From a virus (lineage: Duplodnaviria > Caudoviricetes): DNA of 29,940 nt. Made by a program: the position numbers and the translations under genes. How positions within the stretch are numbered: position 1 is the first letter of the stretch; every line of letters begins with the position of its first letter. Under the pieces are notes generated by a model, which saw nothing but the letters and a program-made list of their open reading frames with translations, was not told the origin of the DNA and searched no databases. The stretch spans positions 1-29,940 of IMG/VR virus record IMGVR_UViG_3300027813_002889; one strand, written 5' to 3'. Below, in pieces: positions 7,342 through 16,092 of the stretch.

Positions 7342-8477
7342 GAATCGAACACGACATTAAACTAGACTATAGTGATGTTTTATTTAAACCAAAACGAAGC
7401 ACACTAACAAGTCGAAGAGACGTAGAGTTAACACGATCGTTTAAGTTTCTAAATAGTGGTAAAGAGTGGTCTGGTATTCCAATTATGTCATCAAACATGG
7501 ATGGTGTAGGTACATTTGAAATGGCAAAAGTACTACAAGAGCACCAGATGATTACAGTACTTCGTAAGCATTATAATATCGATGATTGGGAAAAAGCAAT
7601 CGGTAATGGTGTGAAAATGAAATACCTAAGTGTTTGTACAGGTACAGGAGTTATATGGGATCCTGAAGCTCCTGATTACGTAACAATGAAAAAAGTCCTA
7701 TCTAAGTATCCTGATATTCCTTTTATTTGCGTTGATGTTGCAAACGGATATCATGAGAATTATGGAGACTTTGTTGGACGACTACGTGATGAATATCCGG
7801 ATAAAACTATAATTGCTGGTAATGTTATTACTGGTGAAATGACAGAAGAATTACTATTACGTGGTGCAGATATTATTAAGTGTGGAATTGGTCCTGGATC
7901 AGTATGCACTACACGATTACAAACAGGTGTTGGAGTACCACAGTTATCTGGAATTATAGAATGTGCAGATGCGGCCAATGGTATTGGTGGACACGTAATT
8001 GCTGATGGTGGTTGTGTACACCCTGGTGATGTGTCAAAGGCTTTTGGAGCCGGAGCACACTTTGTAATGTTAGGCGGAATGTTAGCAGGCCACGATGAAG
8101 GTGGTGGCGATATAATTGAAAAGTATTACAAAACAGGTGAGTGGCGCAAAAATGTACACACCCTAGAAGGCCTTGAAACTATTACATGGGAAGACGCAAT
8201 TGATCAAAAGAAGTTTATGCAGTTCTACGGTATGAGTTCGGATGCGGCAATGAGAATTCACGGATCAAGAAAAGATGGCTATCGTGGTGCTGAAGGCAAA
8301 GTTGTAAGTATTCCACACAAAGGTGCTGTTAACGATACGCTAACAGAAATTTTAGGCGGAGTCCGTAGTACTTGTACATATATTGGAGCACGACGTATTA
8401 AAGATATGTGTAAGTGTACTACATTTGTAAGAGTAAACCAACAAGTAAACAATGTTTTTACACCATTCAATGTGTAA
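7338..8477 (+). CDS. guaC: GMP reductase
   Basis: KLDYSDVL..PKRSTL.SR, DVANGY, GIGPGSVCTTR, ADGG, MLGGMLAGH, FYGMSS, YRGAEGK, GGVRSTCTY. Confidence 0.95.
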   Translation: MRIEHDIKLDYSDVLFKPKRSTLTSRRDVELTRSFKFLNSGKEWSGIPIMSSNMDGVGTFEMAKVLQEHQMITVLRKHYNIDDWEKAIGNGVKMKYLSVCTGTGVIWDPEAPDYVTMKKVLSKYPDIPFICVDVANGYHENYGDFVGRLRDEYPDKTIIAGNVITGEMTEELLLRGADIIKCGIGPGSVCTTRLQTGVGVPQLSGIIECADAANGIGGHVIADGGCVHPGDVSKAFGAGAHFVMLGGMLAGHDEGGGDIIEKYYKTGEWRKNVHTLEGLETITWEDAIDQKKFMQFYGMSSDAAMRIHGSRKDGYRGAEGKVVSIPHKGAVNDTLTEILGGVRSTCTYIGARRIKDMCKCTTFVRVNQQVNNVFTPFNV

Positions 8478-8492
8478 TGGTTACATTTATAC

Positions 8493-8541
8493 TTGCATTT
8501 TAACCTAAAAGTGTGTATATTATACACGTAGATGATAAATA
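8493..8541 (+). promoter_or_regulatory. Tandem sigma70-type and late-type promoters for hsp20
   Basis: TTGCAT-17-TATATT (8493-8521) and TAAATA (8536-8541). Confidence 0.55.
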
Positions 8542-8548
8542 CATACGT

Positions 8549-8612
8549 TGTAAGAGTTGCCGATAGAGGGGCTTTTACACATAACTTGCTTAATAAAAGG
8601 AGAAACGCAATG
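8549..8612 (+). promoter_or_regulatory. ROSE-like RNA thermometer in the hsp20 leader
   Basis: 5' hairpin 8549-8579; CTTGCTT (8585-8591) pairs with SD AAGGAG (8597-8602) with a bulged G. Confidence 0.7.
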
Positions 8613-9071
8613 AACAAACAATTAACACCCATCACCATATTCAATCAACTAAGACCCGTTACAATTGGTTTTGATAACGTATTCGATCATTTTGAAAGAA
8701 TGATTGGAGACGAACATTTCTTTAATGGTAACGCCAACTATCCACCATACAATATTGTAAAGACAGGTGACTACACCTATGATCTTGAATTGGCTTTGGC
8801 TGGCTTCAGTAAAAAGGATATCGATGTTGCATACCAAGATGGCATGTTGACAGTTAAATCCAATCATGAAGCTGAAGCTAAAACCGAGCAAGATGATATT
8901 AATGGCGGTATGCTACACAGAGGTATTTCTAAGAGGTTCTTTTCTAAGACCTTTACGATTGCTGATGATGTAGAAATTAAAGGCGCTGAGTTGAAGGATG
9001 GACTTTTACGTGTAACATTAGAACGTATAATTCCTGAAAACAAAAAACCAAGATCAATTACTATAAAATAA
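8610..9071 (+). CDS. Small heat shock protein (Hsp20/IbpA family)
   Basis: Start moved to ATG 8610 (SD AAGGAG). IGFD, YPPYNI, LALAGF, HRGISKR.F, GAELKDGLL motifs. Confidence 0.95.
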   Translation: MNKQLTPITIFNQLRPVTIGFDNVFDHFERMIGDEHFFNGNANYPPYNIVKTGDYTYDLELALAGFSKKDIDVAYQDGMLTVKSNHEAEAKTEQDDINGGMLHRGISKRFFSKTFTIADDVEIKGAELKDGLLRVTLERIIPENKKPRSITIK

Positions 9072-9077
9072 TATAAC

Positions 9078-9112
9078 GGGTGCGGACTAGTTTTTAGTTC
9101 GTACCCACTTTT
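9078..9112 (+). terminator. Stem-loop between hsp20 and dnaK (weak terminator, attenuator or stabiliser)
   Basis: GGGTGCGGACTAG/TTAGTTCGTACCC 13-bp stem with G-U pairs, followed by ACTTTT. Confidence 0.55.
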
Positions 9113-9132
9113 ATAAACGGGAGAAGATAACT

Positions 9133-11022
9133 ATGAGTAAAATTATTGGAATCGACTTAGGCACAACCAACTCATGTATAGCGATTATGAGTGGTAGTGA
9201 AGGCAAAGTCGTAGAGAACGAAGAAGGCACAAGAACAACACCGTCAGTCGTAGGAATAACTAACGATGGACAACTTGTTGGAGCATCAGCTAAAAGACAA
9301 GCAGTATCAAATCCAGAGAATACTGTTTTTGCAATTAAACGTCTAATGGGTAGAAAATTTAACGATCCAAGTCTTAAAGAAGATATTAAAACTTCACCCT
9401 TTAAAATCATTAAAGCTAAAAACGGTGACGCTTGGGTTAAACTAAAAGATAAAGAATATTCCCCTGCACAGATATCTGCTTTCACATTACAAAAAATGAA
9501 AGAAACAGCAGAAAAATATACAGGATCACCAGTTACAAAAGCAGTAATTACAGTACCTGCATATTTTAATGATTCACAAAGACAAGCAACTAAAGATGCA
9601 GGTAAGATTGCAGGACTTGAAGTTGAACGTATTGTTAACGAACCAACAGCGGCCGCACTTGCTTATGGCTTAGATAAAAAAGAGTCAGGTGTAATTGCAG
9701 TATACGATTTAGGTGGTGGTACATTTGATGTATCTATCCTGGAAATTGGTGGTGGCGTATTTGAAGTTAAAGCAACTAATGGCGATACTGCTCTAGGTGG
9801 CGAAGACTTTGATAAAGTTTTAATTGATTATATTGCAAGTGAATTTAAAAAAGAAGCTGGCATTGAATTAAAACAAGATAAACTCGTAATGCAACGTCTT
9901 AGAGAAGCGGCAGAGAAAGCTAAGATTGAACTTTCATCAACTGTAGCAACTGAGGTTAGTTTACCGTTTATTACTGCTGATGCTAGTGGTCCTAAACACT
10001 TAAATGTAAAAGTTACAAGAGCTAGTTACGAAGCAATGGTTGGAAAACTAATTGAGCGTACACTTGAACCTTGTAAAATAGCTCTTAAGGATTCAGGATA
10101 TAAAATTAGTGATATTGACGAAGTTGTAATGGTTGGCGGAATGACTAGGATGCCTAAGGTACTTGAAGTTGTTGAAAAGTTCTTTGGCAAAGCACCAAAC
10201 AAAAGTGTTAACCCAGATGAAGTTGTTGCTATCGGAGCCGCAATTCAAGGCGGAGTACTTCAAGGAGATGTAACAGACATTCTTCTTTTAGATGTAACAC
10301 CGTTATCATTAGGTATTGAAACACTAGGTGGAGTTACTACACCACTTATTGAAAAGAACACAACAATTCCTACAAAGAAAAGCCAAACGTTTTCAACTGC
10401 TGAAAATAACCAACCATCTGTTACTATTAAAGTTACACAAGGTGAGCGTCAAATGGCCGCAGACAATAAACTACTAGGAAACTTTGACTTACATGAAATT
10501 CCACCAGCACCAAGAGGTACTCCACAGATTGAAGTTACTTTTGATATTGATGCAAATGGAATTGTAAATGTATCAGCTAAAGATAAAGGAACTGGTAAGG
10601 AACAATCAATTCAAATTCAAGCGTCAGGTGGATTAAGTGATGCTGAAATTGATACTATGGTTAAAGATGCTGAATCTAATAAAGAGGCCGATACCAAAAA
10701 ACGTGAGGAAGTCGATGCTAGGAATAGTGCTGACGGACTTGTGTTTACTACTGAAAATTCATTAGAAGAACATAGTGATAAGATATCAGATGAAGATAAG
10801 GCTACTATTGAAACAGCAATTACCGAGTTGAAAGATGCACTTACGGGAACTGACGTTGAAATAATTAAACAAAAAACTCAAAGTCTAAGTGAAGCATCTA
10901 TGAAGCTTGGAGAAGCTATATACAAGAGTCAACAAGAAGAGACTACCTCAGAAGAATCCAAATCAGAAGATAAAAAAGAAGATATCATTGATGCAGAATT
11001 TGAAGAAGTAGACAAAGCATAA
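9133..11022 (+). CDS. dnaK: Molecular chaperone DnaK (Hsp70), alphaproteobacteria-like
   Basis: [25 protein letters not shown], linker [19 protein letters not shown]; IQASGGLSD and SMKLGEAIY...DAEFEEV tail. Confidence 0.98.
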   Translation: MSKIIGIDLGTTNSCIAIMSGSEGKVVENEEGTRTTPSVVGITNDGQLVGASAKRQAVSNPENTVFAIKRLMGRKFNDPSLKEDIKTSPFKIIKAKNGDAWVKLKDKEYSPAQISAFTLQKMKETAEKYTGSPVTKAVITVPAYFNDSQRQATKDAGKIAGLEVERIVNEPTAAALAYGLDKKESGVIAVYDLGGGTFDVSILEIGGGVFEVKATNGDTALGGEDFDKVLIDYIASEFKKEAGIELKQDKLVMQRLREAAEKAKIELSSTVATEVSLPFITADASGPKHLNVKVTRASYEAMVGKLIERTLEPCKIALKDSGYKISDIDEVVMVGGMTRMPKVLEVVEKFFGKAPNKSVNPDEVVAIGAAIQGGVLQGDVTDILLLDVTPLSLGIETLGGVTTPLIEKNTTIPTKKSQTFSTAENNQPSVTIKVTQGERQMAADNKLLGNFDLHEIPPAPRGTPQIEVTFDIDANGIVNVSAKDKGTGKEQSIQIQASGGLSDAEIDTMVKDAESNKEADTKKREEVDARNSADGLVFTTENSLEEHSDKISDEDKATIETAITELKDALTGTDVEIIKQKTQSLSEASMKLGEAIYKSQQEETTSEESKSEDKKEDIIDAEFEEVDKA

Positions 11023-11055
11023 GAACGTCATTAAAACACCTCAAGGAGATTATCG

Positions 11056-11367
11056 ATGATAAGTAATGTTATGGACGACGTAGCAATTGATGAAAAAATT
11101 ATACAAAAAATTGATGAGCCAGCTCTCTATAAAGTAATCTTCCTTAACGATAGTGCTACACCTATGGAATTTGTTATAGAAGTACTCATGACAATCTTTA
11201 AACATTCAGAAACTACGGCTAGAGATATAACTGTAAAAATACATGAGGAAGGTTCGGCGGTAGTTGGATTATATACATTCGAAATTGCAGAACAAAAAGG
11301 TGTTGAAGCAACTAATTTGAGTCGCTCGCACGGCTTCCCCTTACAAATTAAAGTGGAGAAGGAATGA
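11056..11367 (+). CDS. clpS: N-degron adaptor ClpS
   Basis: YKVIFLND..TPMEFV, IHEEG.A.VG.Y..EIAE.K, GFPL motifs; SD AAGGAG. Confidence 0.92.
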   Translation: MISNVMDDVAIDEKIIQKIDEPALYKVIFLNDSATPMEFVIEVLMTIFKHSETTARDITVKIHEEGSAVVGLYTFEIAEQKGVEATNLSRSHGFPLQIKVEKE

Positions 11368-11912
11368 GCAATTTAAAAGACCTAACAAAAGAAGTACATC
11401 AAAATGCAGAACGGCAAGAATTTGTAGAAGTTTTGATGTCAGGAAAAATTCATGACGACACTTATGCAATATTCTTAGCTAATCAACATCCTATGTATAA
11501 TGTCCTTGAATCGCTTGCAACAGCTAAAGGTCTATTAGACGGCTTGCCAGGCATCTGTAGGGCTCATGCAATTCATGAAGATTTTAAAGAACTTTGGAAA
11601 CATGACGAAGCGGCACCACTATTAGATGTTACTAAACGATACACAGATCATATTTCAAATATCTCAGACGACAAGACAAAATTGTTTGCACATATCTATA
11701 CACGACATATGGGTGATTTAAGTGGAGGGCGGATGATATCAGGATTTATACCCGGAGAAGGTAGATTATACCAATTCGATGATCCAGATACATTGAAAGC
11801 AAAAATACGTGAACGGCTAACAGATGAAATGGCCGACGAAGCGAAAGTTTGTTTTGCATTTGCCGCCCAAACCTTTAAAGAGATGTTATCGTATGTCAGA
11901 ACAAAAAGTTAA
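11364..11912 (+). CDS. hemO: Heme oxygenase (biliverdin-producing)
   Basis: LKDLTKEVHQNAE (proximal His) and AHIYTRHMGDLSGG distal helix; DEAKVCF. ATGA overlap with clpS. Confidence 0.92.
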   Translation: MSNLKDLTKEVHQNAERQEFVEVLMSGKIHDDTYAIFLANQHPMYNVLESLATAKGLLDGLPGICRAHAIHEDFKELWKHDEAAPLLDVTKRYTDHISNISDDKTKLFAHIYTRHMGDLSGGRMISGFIPGEGRLYQFDDPDTLKAKIRERLTDEMADEAKVCFAFAAQTFKEMLSYVRTKS

Positions 11913-13392
11913 ATCAATATGTATTGCAGGTGGAGGATCAGCAGGCTGGTTAACTGCCGCAAGAACTTTATTTGAATGTTCAGACTTTGATGTTACATTA
12001 GTTGAAAGTCCAACCGTTCCAATAATTGGTGTAGGTGAAGCAACCTTATTAGGATTTGATCACTTCTTAACTAAATCATGTAATATACCCTTAGACATAT
12101 GGACTAAAGAATGTGACGCTACAATTAAATTAGGTACAAAATTCACTGACTGGTATGGCAATGGTCTTGATCTTTGGTCTCCTTTTTTAGTTCCTCTTAC
12201 GAAACCCAACGAACATCATTATGATTTAATTGATCTTGCTATTGAAGGTGGAGTTCCTGCTACAGAATTTTATCGTGAATGTTCTACTTGGTACGAGATG
12301 TGTATTGACCAACAAAGAATACCTAGCACAACTACAGCATCTGGTAAAGACTTTGGTGTAGGTTATAACTTAGATGCAGTAAAATTAGCAAACTTCCTAA
12401 GTCAACATTGTAATAAAACTTATCCTAAATTAACACATATTAAACAAAATATTTCTAATGTTATTACCAAAGACGGAAATATTAATCATTTAGTATTAGA
12501 GGACGGAAGTCTTATTGAAGCTGATTTCTTTATTGATTGTACTGGATTTAGAAAAATACTGTCAAATGCATTAGAAGGAAGCGAGTGGAAAAATTATGAT
12601 ACACAAGTATTTACAAATGCCGCAGTTGCTAGTCAAATTGATTATAAGTCAGACGACGAACCTCAACACCCATACGTAGATGCTGAAGCTTGTGACTTAG
12701 GCTGGATATGGAAAACTCCTATTAAAGAAAGAATAGGCAGTGGATTGTGTTATAATAGGAATGTTACAACAAAAGAAGAAGCAGAAAAATTCTTTATAGA
12801 CTATTGGGGCGAAGATAGGTTAAAAACAGGAAAGTTTAATCATATTAATTATGATCCAGAGTATAATGCTAACAACTGGAGAGGTAATTGTGTTAGTGTT
12901 GGACTATCAAGTGGGTTTGTTGAACCGTTGGAGTCATCTGGATTAGCTTTAATGATTGCAACTATAAGATGTATTGATCATATATCAAAGGGCACTTATA
13001 CGCCAGAAGATAGAGATATATTTAATAACAGGATGAATTTGTTATATGAAAATACTTTTGATTTTATAGGATTACATTATTTTAATAACCAACGTACAGG
13101 TCCATTTTGGGATAAGGTTAGCAAAGAGTTTGATTGCACAGACACGTTATATAATGCGGTTGCTGGATTTAAAAATGTTCCTACTCATACACACTTTGAA
13201 CAATACTATCCAAGAGACGGTGGAATGTACCATGAATACAGTTGGAAGTTATGGACTTATGGTAGTGGAATAATGCCGGCAACGGTAACATTAGACTCGT
13301 CTAAAGCTACAGAATTAATTCGTGACATAAAAAACGACGAGTACAAACGATCGTTGCCTGGACTAACTAATCGCGAATGGACTAATAGATGA
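11893..13392 (+). CDS. Flavin-dependent halogenase (tryptophan halogenase family)
   Basis: Start likely ATG 11893 (MSEQKVKSICIAGGGSAGW). IGVGEAT, ATIKLG (catalytic Lys), FIDCTGF, GWIWKTP, FVEPLESSG. Confidence 0.9.
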   Translation: MSEQKVKSICIAGGGSAGWLTAARTLFECSDFDVTLVESPTVPIIGVGEATLLGFDHFLTKSCNIPLDIWTKECDATIKLGTKFTDWYGNGLDLWSPFLVPLTKPNEHHYDLIDLAIEGGVPATEFYRECSTWYEMCIDQQRIPSTTTASGKDFGVGYNLDAVKLANFLSQHCNKTYPKLTHIKQNISNVITKDGNINHLVLEDGSLIEADFFIDCTGFRKILSNALEGSEWKNYDTQVFTNAAVASQIDYKSDDEPQHPYVDAEACDLGWIWKTPIKERIGSGLCYNRNVTTKEEAEKFFIDYWGEDRLKTGKFNHINYDPEYNANNWRGNCVSVGLSSGFVEPLESSGLALMIATIRCIDHISKGTYTPEDRDIFNNRMNLLYENTFDFIGLHYFNNQRTGPFWDKVSKEFDCTDTLYNAVAGFKNVPTHTHFEQYYPRDGGMYHEYSWKLWTYGSGIMPATVTLDSSKATELIRDIKNDEYKRSLPGLTNREWTNR

Positions 13393-14174
13393 GAATTGCA
13401 GGAGCACAAATACCTGTCACATTAGACATAGAAGAAAATACTAAAACTATTAAAACGTCTATAGACTGGGCAGTAAAAAACGAATGTCATTTTTTAGTAA
13501 CACCTGAAGCTTCGTTAAGCGGATATGATTCTTATTTTGATGAAGACAAGTTATGTAACGCATTAGCCGAAATAGAAGAGTATATTACCTTAAAAAAAAT
13601 AGGCTTATGTTTAGGAACACTATGGAAAGAGAAAGAAGAAGTCGGCGAAGTTAGACGAAACCAAATTAGATTCTATGATAATTATGGAAAAATATTAGGT
13701 GTCACAAATAAAACATATCTAGTTACTCATGATACTGGCTGTTTAGCTCATGAGCTTGACGAGAAGAGTGTTACTATTCATAATCTTCGCTGTCCTACAG
13801 TACAATTAACTGGTCGGCAACAACTTAATGTAGCTGGATTAATATGTAATGACCTTTGGGGTAACAGCTGGGTAGGTAAACCAAGTTTACCTAGGTTAGC
13901 TTTAGAATCTGAATTGTGTGAATTATTCATTCATTCAACAAATGGTGCTAGAGGTAATGTTCATGATGAAATTTATAATAAATGGCATGACGCACACTTA
14001 TTAATGACTAGTCAAGCCACAGGCATTCCTATTATAACTGTTGACAATACTTGTCATATAACCGGACAGCCGTATGACGGTCCTACTAGTAGCGAGAGTG
14101 GAGTAACAGTAGACGGCAAATGGGTAACTAGTGTTCCAAGGACAGGAACACAACATTTTTATTATGATTTTTAA
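13389..14174 (+). CDS. Carbon-nitrogen hydrolase (nitrilase superfamily)
   Basis: RIAGAQ; Glu-Lys-Cys triad in TPEASLSG, NKTYL, LICNDLW. ATGA overlap with the halogenase. Confidence 0.88.
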   Translation: MRIAGAQIPVTLDIEENTKTIKTSIDWAVKNECHFLVTPEASLSGYDSYFDEDKLCNALAEIEEYITLKKIGLCLGTLWKEKEEVGEVRRNQIRFYDNYGKILGVTNKTYLVTHDTGCLAHELDEKSVTIHNLRCPTVQLTGRQQLNVAGLICNDLWGNSWVGKPSLPRLALESELCELFIHSTNGARGNVHDEIYNKWHDAHLLMTSQATGIPIITVDNTCHITGQPYDGPTSSESGVTVDGKWVTSVPRTGTQHFYYDF

Positions 14175-14183
14175 GGAGTAAGT

Positions 14184-14291
14184 ATGCGTTGGCACATTTT
14201 AACAGTAGTAGTATTAATCGCTATGGTTAGTATAACAACACATCTATATGTTTATATGGATGAAGTAATAAAAGGATATTTTATAACATGA
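14184..14291 (+). CDS. 35-aa single-TM small protein (not in the ORF track)
   Basis: SD AAGGAG 14173-14178. MRWHILTVVVLIAMVSITTHLYVYMDEVIKGYFIT; its stop overlaps the pcyX start (ATGA). Confidence 0.7.
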   Translation: MRWHILTVVVLIAMVSITTHLYVYMDEVIKGYFIT

Positions 14292-14983
14292 GTGTATTGT
14301 GGGACAAGTTAATTGAATGTCAAAATGATATAATTGATATATTCGACAATCAATGTAAGGAAATAAACGAGCCAGGTATGGATCATTTTAATCAAGCTGA
14401 CGGCAGTTGGATTAATCGAGTCTGGGCTAATGATAATGTACGGAGAGCTCATATTGATGTAGTTGATGCTCGCGAGTCAAAAGGGCTTTGGATGATGCAT
14501 GTCTGTTGTTTTCCTGTACTAAACAATAACGGACCTATATATGGATTTGACGTAATATCAGGCGAACACAAGATGACCGGTGCCTTCCATGATTTTTCAG
14601 CTTCATCTGGTGGAGAAGACCATCCGTTAGTAGAATGGTATGAACATGCAGTAGAAGAATTTATTCCAAGTAAAAAGCGTGAATTACCTGAATGGGCTAG
14701 GAATATTTTTACACCTAGTATGATTGCCGCAGGTAATGTTAGAAGTGATGACGAAGCTACAGCTATAGTAGATTTAGCAGTAAATAATCTAAAGGTTTAC
14801 TTTGAAAGTATAGGAGAATATACTGGAATGGGAGACCGCGATATAACAGTAGCATCACAAAATTATTATTGTCATAATCAGCAACAAAATCCACATACAC
14901 CACGAGTAATGACTAGCTTAGGGCTTAAAGAAGCTGACGTACAAAAGTTTTGTACAGATATGCTGTTCCCTAAAATAGTATAA
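14288..14983 (+). CDS. pcyX: Ferredoxin-dependent bilin reductase, PcyX type
   Basis: RRAHIDVVD.RESKGLWMMH, GPIYGFD, TGAFHDFS, RELPEWA..IF, MIAAGNV, QNYY...Q..NPHTPRVM.SLG and terminal LFP. Confidence 0.88.
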   Translation: MSVLWDKLIECQNDIIDIFDNQCKEINEPGMDHFNQADGSWINRVWANDNVRRAHIDVVDARESKGLWMMHVCCFPVLNNNGPIYGFDVISGEHKMTGAFHDFSASSGGEDHPLVEWYEHAVEEFIPSKKRELPEWARNIFTPSMIAAGNVRSDDEATAIVDLAVNNLKVYFESIGEYTGMGDRDITVASQNYYCHNQQQNPHTPRVMTSLGLKEADVQKFCTDMLFPKIV

Positions 14984-14986
14984 ATA
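14979..14986 (+). promoter_or_regulatory. T4 late promoter consensus TATAAATA
   Basis: Exact match overlapping the pcyX stop, 8 nt before ATG 14995. Confidence 0.7.
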
Positions 14987-14994
14987 ACAGTACT

Positions 14995-16092
14995 ATGCGA
15001 TTTTATGAATTTAAACAGTCTCTTAACGAGTACTCAGACTTAGACCAAGAAAAAGAAGAAATCCTAGCTAAGATTTCAGGTCTAACTGCGTCAAATCCCG
15101 ACGAGGCAGAACTACTAGACAGAATTTATAAACTTTTAAATAAAACTCAAATAGGTACTAATATCGAAGCTGGATTTAATGCCACACTTGGCGATGAACA
15201 ATTTAATCCAGCTGAGCTTAAAAGAGTTAAACAAGAAATAACAAAGATTATTGCTAGTGTAGAAACTGATTACAAATCATTAAATGCTTTTATAAAACGC
15301 ATGGAAGCAGGTGGAGTAGTTAATATTTCAGCTTTACAAAAGCCGGTATCATCATTTCAGGAAGTATTTGGTGACAATAGCGGAATACAAGCATTTAAGG
15401 CACTAGCTAGTTACGGTGTTGGTAGAAAGCAAAAAGGCCCAGGAGAATATGCACTTGCATGTTTAAGTAATCAGATTAAACTAGCAGACGGCGAAGGCGA
15501 CATAGAAGTTAAGGGCATTGGAAAAGTAGAACTAAAAGCGGCAATGAGTAAATCCGGTGGACGCATTGGTTACGGCGGCGGCTCACAAAAAAATAAAGTT
15601 GATGTTCTTAATCAATACAAGGATATAATTCCTACAGTGATGGAATCTCTTGCCAAAAATGCTAAGGGAGGATCATTAGGATTTCCAAAATTCCTACCTG
15701 CATTAAATGTTGACCTTCCAGTAACTGGAGGCGGATCTAATCCTAAAGCACTAGGGCCAGATAATCAAAAAAATCGTAAACTGATTATGCAAAGCCTTAT
15801 GGGGATGGACATGGAGAATTATGCTGACAGCGTTGCACAATTTATTAGCTCAAGTGAAGATACTAATGCTTGCGAAAGTGCATATTTAAAAGCTAACTTT
15901 GAGTGGTATAAAAATAGAGATCACTTTGATGCATTACTACTAATGAGTGTACAAGGACAAAAAACTATGATGATAAAATCTGGAGAAGATCTAATAAAAG
16001 CTAGACCAATGTTATCAAGTTTATCTATTAGTATTATTCCAACACAAGCAGGTGCTGGACGTGAACAATGGGCACAATTAACTCCGAGATAA
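14995..16092 (+). CDS. Putative PD-(D/E)xK-fold nuclease-like protein with a capsid-targeting-like N-terminus
   Basis: GPGEYAL...GDIEV...VELK; N-terminus MRFYEFKQSLNE. Confidence 0.5.
   Translation: MRFYEFKQSLNEYSDLDQEKEEILAKISGLTASNPDEAELLDRIYKLLNKTQIGTNIEAGFNATLGDEQFNPAELKRVKQEITKIIASVETDYKSLNAFIKRMEAGGVVNISALQKPVSSFQEVFGDNSGIQAFKALASYGVGRKQKGPGEYALACLSNQIKLADGEGDIEVKGIGKVELKAAMSKSGGRIGYGGGSQKNKVDVLNQYKDIIPTVMESLAKNAKGGSLGFPKFLPALNVDLPVTGGGSNPKALGPDNQKNRKLIMQSLMGMDMENYADSVAQFISSSEDTNACESAYLKANFEWYKNRDHFDALLLMSVQGQKTMMIKSGEDLIKARPMLSSLSISIIPTQAGAGREQWAQLTPR

Noticed and set aside
8532-8609. N-terminal extension of Hsp20 in the ORF track
   Set aside because: It overlaps the late promoter and structured leader. 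The SD at 8597-8602 points to ATG 8610.
11824-11892. N-terminal extension of the halogenase
   Set aside because: It lies inside hemO. The Rossmann motif begins right after ATG 11893.
7338-14983. Interpretation as a bacterial chromosome segment (guaC, dnaK, clpS, rpsU)
   Set aside because: No dnaJ/grpE or clpA beside their usual partners; interspersed phage-type genes, T4-late motifs, an ATP-dependent ligase and a tail fibre indicate a phage.
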